Origin: a bacterium
Lineage (GTDB): Bacteria > CALINM01
NCBI GenBank assembly: GCA_041640455.1
Contig: JBEQAF010000035.1
Location: 1-19,692, forward strand
Direction: 5' to 3'
Length of the DNA: 19,692 nucleotides
In this document: positions 9,114-17,442 of the stretch, piece after piece
Layout of the letters: the number at the start of each line of letters is the position of its first letter
Numbering within the stretch: position 1 is the stretch's first letter
The notes under the pieces: model-generated
What the model was told of the DNA's origin: nothing
The model's input: the letters and a program-made list of their open reading frames with translations, nothing else
Databases searched by the model: none
Program-made: the position numbers and the translations under genes

Positions 9114-9773
9114 TTACTTTGCATGACATGCAAGACAAAGCATACTTGAAGCATTTGATCTTCTCAGCAGAACTGGAACAACTGAGCCACCAACAACCTT
9201 ACCATGAACATCATGGCATGAGCCACATGTAAACTGACCATCTGGGAAAAGATCAGTTACACTGTCACCAATGTTAGCAGCAATCTGGGACATTGTATAA
9301 ATCTCAGGATATTTTGTGTAGTTAAGTGTTTGCATGTTGAAAGCTATTGGATGATCATCCATGAGATTTGTACCTAATGCGGCAGTACCAGTAAAATTAG
9401 TATGATTGAATGTGGGTGCTGCATTGTTTACCAGATTGCTATTATTTCTCAGCGATGTAGTACTCCAAGTATTGGCGTTCTCATGACAGGAGAAGCACAG
9501 CTTTGAAGTTGCGTCAATATCTGTAGCATTAGCGTCAAAAGTTATTGATGAATAAGTTGTAAAAGATGGAACTGTGTAGTTTCTGTTCCATAATGGCCAG
9601 GATGGAGCGGCGTGCGGCGTATGACAGAACACACAAACCTCACTATAGTTTGTTGATCTGTAGGTATTACCAGACACGTTACTCAGATTGTGTTTTGTGT
9701 TTCTGATGTCTGATGCCGCATAGGCTGCTACTGCCATAGCAATTACTGCCATAACAACTAATAATTTTTTCAT
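9114..9773 (-). CDS. omcE: OmcE-like tetraheme c-type cytochrome (putative nanowire filament subunit)
   Basis: Signal peptide and 4 CxxCH (CVFCH, CFSCH, CGSCH, CLACH). Motifs 'I.NTKH.LS', 'CVFCHTPH.A...PLWNR', 'LGT.L..DHP..F', 'CGSCH.VH', 'S.LCL.CH.K' match Geobacter OmcE as I recall it. Strong SD AAGGAGGTG. Confidence 0.85.
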   Translation of the reverse strand: MKKLLVVMAVIAMAVAAYAASDIRNTKHNLSNVSGNTYRSTNYSEVCVFCHTPHAAPSWPLWNRNYTVPSFTTYSSITFDANATDIDATSKLCFSCHENANTWSTTSLRNNSNLVNNAAPTFNHTNFTGTAALGTNLMDDHPIAFNMQTLNYTKYPEIYTMSQIAANIGDSVTDLFPDGQFTCGSCHDVHGKVVGGSVVPVLLRRSNASSMLCLACHAK

Positions 9774-9807
9774 CTTACTTCACCTCCTTTTTTTGGTATT
9801 TAATTTT

Positions 9808-9836
9808 ATGTTAATCAAAACTATTTTTTTTGTCAA
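9808..9836 (-). promoter_or_regulatory. Putative sigma70 promoter of the omcE-like gene
   Basis: TTGACA-17 nt-TAACAT. Confidence 0.6.
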
Positions 9837-9870
9837 GCATTTTAATTTAAATTTTTTTTTGTTAATAAAT

Positions 9871-9887
9871 TTGCATTTTTCATGCCA
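9871..9887 (-). promoter_or_regulatory. Putative sigma54 (RpoN) -24/-12 promoter of the omcE-like gene
   Basis: TGGCATGAAAAATGCAA: GG-N10-GC spacing, close to the TGGCACG-N4-TTGCW consensus; correctly oriented in a 220-bp AT-rich intergenic region. Confidence 0.6.
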
Positions 9888-9927
9888 TTTTGATTTAATT
9901 ATATTTATAAGCTTTTAACTATTCAGC

Positions 9928-9943
9928 AACGTTAAATAACGTT
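9928..9943. promoter_or_regulatory. Perfect inverted repeat, candidate regulator site
   Basis: AACGTTA-AA-TAACGTT, about 40 bp upstream of the sigma54-like element. Confidence 0.35.
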
Positions 9944-9993
9944 AATTCTGCATCTTTTGCATTATATGTTAAAAAGTTATAAATTATTTTTAC

Positions 9994-11028
9994 CTATTTA
10001 GTGGGCATCTCTACCGGATTTTTCTTTTTGTAATCCTCATTCATATACTGGAATATATAGAATCTCCTGTTCATCTGATCAACCGTATATATTCTGTCAT
10101 TTTTGTCTATGAATAGTCCCATCGGAAGGTTCATTGCACCGAGCCCCTTTGATCCTGGTCCTCCTACAAGTCCTAAAAGTTCACCATCTCTATTAAAAAC
10201 CTGTATTGCCTTCAGTGGATCTATAACGTATATATTTCCATCAGAATCAACTCCAACGCCTTTAACCTGTGCAAAGCCACCAGGTTTATCACCTCTTTTT
10301 CCAAACATGGTGATAAACTTTCCATCTTTATCAAAAATCTGGATACGCGAATTAAGACCATCGGCAACTATTACATCGCCATTTTTGTCAATACAGATCC
10401 CCCATGGTCTGTTAAACTCCCCTTCCATTTCACCTGGTTTTCCCCATTCAAAGAGCTTCTTTCTCGTTTCAGTGTCAAAAACGACTACCTTCATTGCCTT
10501 CGTATCAACCACATATAGTCTTTTAAGATTTTCATTAATAGCTATACCGTTTGGTGCTTCCACTTCTCCATCCCCTATAGTGTATAAAGGCGCCCTCTTG
10601 GCTCGTAAAAATACTTTAATATTCCCTGCCCTTGCATCGGCGACATAGAATCTTTCCTTATCAAAGGCAACACCTGATGCAAGCTGGAATGCTGGATCTT
10701 CTGTTAACTGGGTAACTGTATTATTGTTGAAATCCCAAATATAACCGCCCCATGGTACCAGATCGGTAACTATTACCACTCCTTCACCATCTGAGCCTAT
10801 CCCAAGAGGCTTTCTCAGCCTGATTTCTATATCTGTCTCGCCTGTAAGAGTCTTTAAGATTGTTTTCTTCTTGGGAAGATCTCTGCTTGAGTGATAAACT
10901 CCTATAAATTCCACCTTAGGCTCGTTGGGTGGCGGTGGCCAGAAGTACCTACGTTTTACCTCTGCTTGCTGTGGAGCAGCACAGGAGGTAATAATAATAA
11001 GCAGTAAAAAAAGATATAACTTTTTCAT
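9994..11028 (-). CDS. NHL-repeat beta-propeller lipoprotein (344 aa; start corrected from 11139)
   Basis: GAGGAG SD before ATG 11028; lipoprotein signal MKKLYLFLLLIIITS|C; 'WPPPPNEPKVEFIG'; NHL repeats (GEFNRPWGICID.NGDVIVAD..NSRIQIFD). Confidence 0.88.
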   Translation of the reverse strand: MKKLYLFLLLIIITSCAAPQQAEVKRRYFWPPPPNEPKVEFIGVYHSSRDLPKKKTILKTLTGETDIEIRLRKPLGIGSDGEGVVIVTDLVPWGGYIWDFNNNTVTQLTEDPAFQLASGVAFDKERFYVADARAGNIKVFLRAKRAPLYTIGDGEVEAPNGIAINENLKRLYVVDTKAMKVVVFDTETRKKLFEWGKPGEMEGEFNRPWGICIDKNGDVIVADGLNSRIQIFDKDGKFITMFGKRGDKPGGFAQVKGVGVDSDGNIYVIDPLKAIQVFNRDGELLGLVGGPGSKGLGAMNLPMGLFIDKNDRIYTVDQMNRRFYIFQYMNEDYKKKNPVEMPTK

Positions 11029-11038
11029 CTGAAACTCC

Positions 11039-11971
11039 TCATTTTTTATGGCAGAGAATACATATCTCCATTCTATTCTCTTTTCCCTGCGGAAAAAACA
11101 TCTTCCCCTTCTCGCCATGTGGATTATGACAGCTTGCACAGGTCAATTCTTTACCTGGTCTGGAAGGATCTTTTCTGTCTGATAGCGGATGTTTGGGCAA
11201 AACATGGGTCTTTCCTTTATCCTTAAACTCAGTATGGCAGATCTTGCATAGCTCGTTTACGGAAAACATTAGCTGATGGGGATAATCAGAGGAATGCACA
11301 TTGTGGCAGGCATCACAGCTGCCTGTAGCATAGGGTCCATGAAGATTTTTATAATTATCTTTTCTCATACTGTCATGGCACTCATAACATATATTTTCCA
11401 GATCTTCCTTTACCCTATATCTGTATCCACCTGACTCTTTAAAATCGTGACATACATCACAATCCCCAGATCCTGCTGGTCCGTGAACAAATTTTCTTGA
11501 TATAATACCTTTATGGCATTCCACACAGCTTTCCTTATCAATCTTATGGCAGTCTGTGCATCTTACCTCTCTATCTTCCTTATGAAACATATATCTGTTT
11601 ACCCCATCAGATAACACTTCATATTTGTCAATAAGCTTTACCTTAATCTTTTTCTCCTCAATAACTGCATTGTTTGAATAAGCCTTTATCCCAATAACAT
11701 TGTCACCTTTCTCGAGCTCCAGATCAATAATGAAATAGTCTTTAAACTGGCTCACATATTCAGGATCTTTAATATTTATCATAGGCGATTTTAGATCATT
11801 TACCGTAACTATAATATGGGTAGCATTGGGATTTTCAACTCGCCCTACAACATATATAAAACCAGATGTAATAAAACTTCCGTCTTCTGGCGTGATTATG
11901 CTTATCCCATATCCATGTTTAGCAAATGTTAATAATACAAAAAAAAATATAAAATATAAAGCTTTTTTCAT
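11039..11971 (-). CDS. Octaheme c-type cytochrome with an N-terminal Ig-like beta domain
   Basis: Signal peptide, about 110 aa heme-free beta-rich segment, then 8 CxxCH (CTDCH, CVECH, CDVCH, CYECH, CDACH, CKICH, CASCH, CILCH). Confidence 0.9.
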   Translation of the reverse strand: MKKALYFIFFFVLLTFAKHGYGISIITPEDGSFITSGFIYVVGRVENPNATHIIVTVNDLKSPMINIKDPEYVSQFKDYFIIDLELEKGDNVIGIKAYSNNAVIEEKKIKVKLIDKYEVLSDGVNRYMFHKEDREVRCTDCHKIDKESCVECHKGIISRKFVHGPAGSGDCDVCHDFKESGGYRYRVKEDLENICYECHDSMRKDNYKNLHGPYATGSCDACHNVHSSDYPHQLMFSVNELCKICHTEFKDKGKTHVLPKHPLSDRKDPSRPGKELTCASCHNPHGEKGKMFFPQGKENRMEICILCHKK

Positions 11972-11975
11972 AAAG

Positions 11976-13658
11976 CTATCTATAGTCTACCGGCTTAAGC
12001 CTATCATAGCTGTATGGCTTATGACAGCCTACAATACAACCACCGCCTGTTAGTGTCTTATTATAATTTATTGGTATATTCCAGATGCCAAATCCTTTAA
12101 ACCGAGGTTTAATTAATTTATCCTGAGTACTCATGTGAGGATCGTGGCAGAATCTGCAATTCCTACCCTTATCTTTGTTAACATGAACAAAATGCAGGTT
12201 CCTATCCCCATTCCTGAACTCTGTAGCCGTCAGTGTCCTCTGAAACCTGGCAAGGTCTGCGGAATGACAGCTGAAACAGAGCTCATAACTTCTTACATTG
12301 AAAGATACATAATTTTCCGCTGGATATCTTTTATTAAGCATTTTTTTTATATTACCACCATGGACTGTATGACAGCTTCCGCATGAACCATCTTCTACAG
12401 GAGCATGTACGGATTTAGACTGTTTTATGTTGCCGATATTGTGGCAGTTATTACATAATATAGCTGGCTCTTCATTAACTATCTTTTTAAAATCTGAGGA
12501 ATGAACATTATGACAGCTCTGACAATCTTTATCTTTTACAGGCGGATGTGGTACGGTATATTTATCAATCCCTTTAACCATATCGGCATGGCATATCTCG
12601 CATAGCCGATCCTTTTTCTGAACAAGTAGTTTGCTCTGGGATGCACTATGGGGTTTATGACAAAGATTACACTCCTCCTTAACAGGCTTATGAATATATT
12701 TTTTTGTAAAAGGTTCTTTGTTATGGCATTCAAAGCAAATCAGTGGCATAGCTTTGGATAATAATTTTTTATAATCTGATGTATGGGGGCTATGACAGCC
12801 CTGACAGTTTTTGCTTTCCACAGGCGGATGAACAATCTTCCCCTCTATCATCGTGCCATGACAATCAATACAGATACCTTCTGATTTAAGTAATTTCTCA
12901 AACTTACTGCTATGAGGTAGATGACAATTTTTACAGTCTTCCGATACAGGATTGTGAACAACCTTTTTACCCACGTAGTCCTTTTCTGTGTGGCAGATAA
13001 AACAAATTTTATTCCCCTCTCCGCTTAGTAGTCCTTTAAAATCCTGGGAATGCGGGTTATGACAGCCCAGGCAGTCGCCATCTTTTATGGGACCATGAAC
13101 CACCTTTTCATTATCCTTTTTATCATGGCAGTTATAACAAAGTTTTATACCATCCTCCTGTAATAACTTTTTGTAATCACCATCATGGGGATTATGGCAG
13201 CTCATACAGCCATCTTTTACTGGCTGATGAACTATTTTCTTGCTTATTATTGATTTATCATGACATTCAAAACAGATATCGTTTTTGTGTTTTAAAAGAA
13301 GATTTTCATTAGATGAGGCGTGTGGGTTATGGCAGGATATACATTCACCCTCGCTAACTGGCAAATGCTTAACCTTACCTTTACCTACCTGTTTATGGCA
13401 GATACTACACAGCTTATTTTTCTCTGCAACTAATTTAAAAGGATGATCATTGCCAGTATGACACTTTTCACAGTTTCTACCTCTGACAGGCGCGTGGATA
13501 TTTTTTTCTTTCAAATATCCATCATGACAACCTTTATCAACACAGCTCTGGGAATACAGCTCAGCAGAACAAATAAAGAGCCCAAAAAAAAGCGCTATAA
13601 CACTGAAAAATAGTTTTGTTTGATTCAGAGCTTTTTCAGTTTTTACTCTAACTGGCAT
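11976..13658 (-). CDS. Large multiheme c-type cytochrome (19 CxxCH + CX4CH + CX3CH, about 21 hemes), paired-CxxCH repeats
   Basis: N-terminal signal/TM; ~40-aa repeats H-x-P-V-x3/4-CxxCHxPH-x-S-x4-LL-x5/7-CxxCH; C-terminal 'FRNGDRNLHFVHV' domain. Confidence 0.92.
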   Translation of the reverse strand: MPVRVKTEKALNQTKLFFSVIALFFGLFICSAELYSQSCVDKGCHDGYLKEKNIHAPVRGRNCEKCHTGNDHPFKLVAEKNKLCSICHKQVGKGKVKHLPVSEGECISCHNPHASSNENLLLKHKNDICFECHDKSIISKKIVHQPVKDGCMSCHNPHDGDYKKLLQEDGIKLCYNCHDKKDNEKVVHGPIKDGDCLGCHNPHSQDFKGLLSGEGNKICFICHTEKDYVGKKVVHNPVSEDCKNCHLPHSSKFEKLLKSEGICIDCHGTMIEGKIVHPPVESKNCQGCHSPHTSDYKKLLSKAMPLICFECHNKEPFTKKYIHKPVKEECNLCHKPHSASQSKLLVQKKDRLCEICHADMVKGIDKYTVPHPPVKDKDCQSCHNVHSSDFKKIVNEEPAILCNNCHNIGNIKQSKSVHAPVEDGSCGSCHTVHGGNIKKMLNKRYPAENYVSFNVRSYELCFSCHSADLARFQRTLTATEFRNGDRNLHFVHVNKDKGRNCRFCHDPHMSTQDKLIKPRFKGFGIWNIPINYNKTLTGGGCIVGCHKPYSYDRLKPVDYR

Positions 13659-14511
13659 AACTATGTAAACCCGAAAGGAACAGGTTAACGCCCAGATAGG
13701 TTATTATAACTGCTATGAACCCAATAATAGAAAGCCACGCTGCTCTCGTACCCCTCCACCCTCTGGTAAATCTTGCGTGCAAAAAAGCAGCGTACACAAA
13801 CCAGGTAATGAGAGACCAGGTCTCTTTGGGATCCCAGCTCCAGTAACTGCCCCATGCGTAATTCGCCCATGCGGCGCCAGTTATGATGCCGAGCGTTAAC
13901 ATAGGAAATCCTATAGCAATGGCTTTGTAATTTATATCATCAAGGGTAGGTGTGCTCGGGAACAATGATATTATTGCTCCAAGCGGTTCCTTCTTCTCTT
14001 CTTTTCTGAATCTTATAAGATACATTATACTTACACCTGCTGCAATGGCAAATGCTGCGTAAGCAAAAAAGCAGGTAATAACATGATATATCAACCAGTT
14101 GCTCTGCAAGGCAGGAACAAGCGGCTGAATCTCCTGAGACACATTTGGAGAAAATGAGGCAAAAGCCATAGCCAGCGACACAAAGGGCATAACAAAAGCG
14201 CCCATAAATCTGTTTTTATAATAATATTCAAAAATCAGATAAATACCTGCCGTACACCATGCGAAGAACACCAGTGACTCATATAGATTTGTAAGCGGTG
14301 GTCTGCCAATCCCCATCTGATGAGACTCAACCCATCTTAGTACCAGCCCACCTGTCTCGATAAAAAAACCTGCCAGTGTTGCCGATGTTCCAAGAAGCCC
14401 CATAATATTGTTTCTGGAGATTACATATATGATGTAAAAAAACATGGCGAGAAAATAAACAAATGTTGTAATTGATAATAGCTTGCCGCTTATAAAAAGG
14501 GAGCTTTCCAT
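13648..14511 (-). CDS. ccsA: System II cytochrome c synthase ResC/CcsA
   Basis: WWD motif 'WANYAWGSYWSWDPKETW', 'LVPALQSNWL.YHV', C-terminal 'GLHSYA'. Confidence 0.95.
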   Translation of the reverse strand: MESSLFISGKLLSITTFVYFLAMFFYIIYVISRNNIMGLLGTSATLAGFFIETGGLVLRWVESHQMGIGRPPLTNLYESLVFFAWCTAGIYLIFEYYYKNRFMGAFVMPFVSLAMAFASFSPNVSQEIQPLVPALQSNWLIYHVITCFFAYAAFAIAAGVSIMYLIRFRKEEKKEPLGAIISLFPSTPTLDDINYKAIAIGFPMLTLGIITGAAWANYAWGSYWSWDPKETWSLITWFVYAAFLHARFTRGWRGTRAAWLSIIGFIAVIITYLGVNLFLSGLHSYAS

Positions 14512-14519
14512 ATCTCCTC

Positions 14520-15860
14520 CTAAGCCTTCATTTCTTTTAAGTCTTCTAAAACTTTTGCGAATTCTTCCTCAAAAAGTCTGGATCTTGGGGCATGGCCTGC
14601 TATTGTGATATTAGTTCTCTCATTATCAAAATATATTCTTGCCCAGATTCTTTTTCTATTAACAAAAAAGCTCACATATAGCCCTACCATCATGAGGATA
14701 CAGCCTATCCATACTACCCAGACACCTGGGTCTTTAGTAACCTGCAAACCTGTATAATGGGTTTCGTGATAATCAATGTATTTAAAAAGGTAACCGCCTT
14801 CCGGATACATATCTCGGTCAGGCAAATTTTTATAAACTGGAAAATTAACAGGCATCTTTCCTGCTTCTGCAAGTTGAAGGATAATTGCGGGACCCACATT
14901 ATCAAGATTGGGATAAAAATCTATAATTTTAACATAGTCACCAGTGCCGGGAATGTTTACAAACTTGTCAGATAAGGTTAGCTCATAGGTTTTTGCATTA
15001 TTTGGTGACTTGGTAAAGGCAACCAGCTTCCCCACCCTATCTATCACACCATAGCTGGACTGATAGAAAGTAAGCCCTTTATAAGTTAGTGGCTTATTAA
15101 CTATAAGGTGATCTTTCTTAACCACCTGCCCATTTTCTATGATAGATACATCTGACCTATACTCCTTTACCATCCCCATAGGATAGTATGATAGGGAAAA
15201 ATCGTCACATCTGAGTATAAAATCAAGCTTATAGGGCTGACTTTTACCCCTTATAAATACGTGATTAACCGCCTCACCTTCTGGGATCTGAACAAACCCT
15301 CTGAACCCCCAGATCGCGCCAATAATACCTCCTATAAATATGATCACAATGCTTAAATGGGTTATATAAACCCCTAAACGGGAGTATTTTCCTTTTTCAA
15401 TATAGTAATAGGTTTTATCATCTCTTTTCTCTTCATAAAGACTGCCATATTTTTTCTTCAGATACTCTCTGACTGCATTTTTCCAGTAATCAGGATCACC
15501 TTTTTTTTTCAGGGTATCCACAAGAGTGAGAGATTTTTCAAGACTCTCATCCAGAATCTTATTTGGATTTTTAATCTGATTCAGTACCGGTGGTAATCTT
15601 TTTACAGAACATACAATCAGATTAAGGGTAAAAAGTGCAAGAAGAAAGATAAACCACCAAGAGTGATACATGTCATATAGTTCAAATGTGGCTATTACGC
15701 GGGCTTGAAACTCGCCATATAGCTGAACATACCTTTCAAAGCTTTCATTTTGTGGGATTACGGTTCCAAATATGGAGCTTATGGCTAAAACAATCAGTAA
15801 AATGACAGCCAGTTTGATTGAGGCAAGGAAATCAAAGACTTCAAATCTTTTTTTTGACAT
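14520..15860 (-). CDS. resB: System II cytochrome c biogenesis protein ResB/Ccs1
   Basis: 'LASIKLAV.LL..LA..S.FGTVIPQ', 'DMYHSWWF', 'NLIVCS', 'G.YITHLS', 'VNKPL.YKG..FYQSSY', 'TGLQVTKDPGVW.VW.G'. Confidence 0.93.
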   Translation of the reverse strand: MSKKRFEVFDFLASIKLAVILLIVLAISSIFGTVIPQNESFERYVQLYGEFQARVIATFELYDMYHSWWFIFLLALFTLNLIVCSVKRLPPVLNQIKNPNKILDESLEKSLTLVDTLKKKGDPDYWKNAVREYLKKKYGSLYEEKRDDKTYYYIEKGKYSRLGVYITHLSIVIIFIGGIIGAIWGFRGFVQIPEGEAVNHVFIRGKSQPYKLDFILRCDDFSLSYYPMGMVKEYRSDVSIIENGQVVKKDHLIVNKPLTYKGLTFYQSSYGVIDRVGKLVAFTKSPNNAKTYELTLSDKFVNIPGTGDYVKIIDFYPNLDNVGPAIILQLAEAGKMPVNFPVYKNLPDRDMYPEGGYLFKYIDYHETHYTGLQVTKDPGVWVVWIGCILMMVGLYVSFFVNRKRIWARIYFDNERTNITIAGHAPRSRLFEEEFAKVLEDLKEMKA

Positions 15861-15884
15861 TCAAACTCCTTAGTTTTATAAGTA

Positions 15885-15918
15885 GGGAAGGCCGTTTTAT
15901 AATCTAATTAGCCTTCCC
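15885..15918 (-). terminator. Hairpin after the c3 gene (weak terminator or mRNA-stabilising stem)
   Basis: GGGAAGGC-18 nt-GCCTTCCC; only a poor U tract (TACTTAT) follows. Confidence 0.45.
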
Positions 15919-15928
15919 GGAGATTAAC

Positions 15929-16255
15929 TTATTTTTTGTGACAGTCCTTACAACCGGTTGGTCCTTTTTTCATCTCTTTGTGACACTTCATACAGCTGTT
16001 GTGAAAAGCGTCTTTGGGTTTTACCTTTGCATCTTTTGTATGGCATAAACCGCAGGTTTGTTCTTTTCCAGCTTCATCTTTATGATGACAGATCTTACAG
16101 TCCTTCAGGGCTTCCTGATGTGCTTTGTGATTGAAAGCAACTTTACCCATTGAGCCGCCTTTAAACTCATAGCTGTCTTTCATCTGAGCTGATACTAAGC
16201 CTGAAAATACTACCAAAACAGCTAATACTAAAATAGCTGACATTATCTTTTTCAT
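15929..16255 (-). CDS. Small periplasmic tetraheme cytochrome c3 (class III, PpcA/c7-related)
   Basis: Signal peptide; 'V.F.H..H', CKICHH, CGLCH, 'AFH..CMKCH', 'KKGPT.CKDCHKK'; exactly 8 His for 4 bis-His hemes; SD AAGGAGGTG. Confidence 0.9.
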   Translation of the reverse strand: MKKIMSAILVLAVLVVFSGLVSAQMKDSYEFKGGSMGKVAFNHKAHQEALKDCKICHHKDEAGKEQTCGLCHTKDAKVKPKDAFHNSCMKCHKEMKKGPTGCKDCHKK

Positions 16256-16300
16256 CCTGTTTCACCTCCTTTCTTTTAGCCTTAAGATTAAACAGAATTT

Positions 16301-16330
16301 ATAATACTTTTAATCAATAACTTTTGTCAA
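16301..16330 (-). promoter_or_regulatory. Putative sigma70 promoter of the cytochrome operon
   Basis: TTGACA-18 nt-TATTAT upstream of the c3 SD. Confidence 0.6.
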
Positions 16331-16344
16331 ACAAATTCAGTCTT

Positions 16345-17412
16345 TTAAACATTAAAACGAAAATTCATTATATCTCCGTCTTTCACTATATAATCCTTTC
16401 CTTCCAGCCTAAGAAGCCCCTGCTCTTTAACCTTTTTAAAATCTCCGATTTTTATAAAATCTTCATAAGCTGTAACCTCTGCCCTTATAAACCCTTTTTC
16501 TATATCAGAATGAATTTTACCGCCAGCCTCTTTTGCTGTTGCGCCCCTTCTAATCGTCCATGCCCTAACCTCATCCTCTCCTACTGTAAAATAGGATATA
16601 AGTCCGAGAAGCCGGTATGCCTCCCTCGTAAGTCTATAAGATGCTGGTTCTTCTATATTTAATTCTGATAGAAATTCCTTTCTCTCTTCTTCTGATATCT
16701 GAGATATCTCCATCTCCAATCGGGCACAAAGACTTATAAATGCCATATCCTTCTCGCCCTGAAACTCTCTAAAATCATCTATAGGGTCACATTGTCCCTC
16801 ACTCAGGTTAACAAGATGAATAATCGGTTTGGCTGATACAAATTTATAGGGTAGAAGAATCTTCCTATCTTCATCTGAAAAACTGTATGTTCTCAGTGGT
16901 TTATCATTATTAAGATGCTCATACATACTCTTAAACAGGATAAGTTCTTCCTGTCTCTCCTTTAACCCTCTTTTCAGGTTGGCTTCTATTCTCTCAATCC
17001 TTTTCTCAATTAATACCAGATCTGTAAGAATAAGCTCGCTTTCAAAAGCCCTTATATCTCTTTTTATATTGATTTCACCAAACGGGTGGACTGTCACCGG
17101 ATCTTCAAATGCCCTGATGACATGTATTATAAGGTCTATCTCTTTGAGATTATTTAGAATTTTTTGATTTCTTTGATTGTCTTTTGGAGATATACCTGGA
17201 AGGTCAAGATATTCTATAGTGGCATAGGTTGTTTTCCTGGGTTTAAATATATCTGAAAGTATTTTAATTCTCTCGTCATAGACTGGAACAACACCTTCGT
17301 TTATATGATTCTCAGGTGTCTGTCCGCAGGATATTTCCAGACCGATACCTGTAAGAGCTGAAAACAATGTAGTTTTGCCAGACTTTTCAAAACCGCTGAT
17401 ACCAACTATCAA
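16345..17412 (-). CDS. ychF: YchF/Obg-family ATPase (DUF933/TGS C-terminus)
   Basis: P-loop GFEKSGKTT, DLPG, HVIRAF, 'LISYFTVGEDEVRAWT', 'AGGKIHSDIEKGFIRAEV', 'RLEGKDYIVKDGDIMNFRFNV'; TTG start. Confidence 0.9.
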   Translation of the reverse strand: MIVGISGFEKSGKTTLFSALTGIGLEISCGQTPENHINEGVVPVYDERIKILSDIFKPRKTTYATIEYLDLPGISPKDNQRNQKILNNLKEIDLIIHVIRAFEDPVTVHPFGEINIKRDIRAFESELILTDLVLIEKRIERIEANLKRGLKERQEELILFKSMYEHLNNDKPLRTYSFSDEDRKILLPYKFVSAKPIIHLVNLSEGQCDPIDDFREFQGEKDMAFISLCARLEMEISQISEEERKEFLSELNIEEPASYRLTREAYRLLGLISYFTVGEDEVRAWTIRRGATAKEAGGKIHSDIEKGFIRAEVTAYEDFIKIGDFKKVKEQGLLRLEGKDYIVKDGDIMNFRFNV

Positions 17413-17442
17413 ATATTATCCCCCAAAAATAAGTTAACATTC

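Noticed and set aside
10103..10648. 181-aa plus-strand ORF
   Set aside because: Antisense shadow of the NHL gene; no recognisable motifs.
11029..11139. 37-aa N-terminal extension of the NHL ORF in the track
   Set aside because: It overlaps the octaheme gene; the SD and lipoprotein signal support ATG 11028.
16324..16662. 112-aa plus-strand ORF and the other short antisense or out-of-frame ORFs in the track
   Set aside because: All lie within or largely overlap well-supported genes and lack SDs or family motifs.
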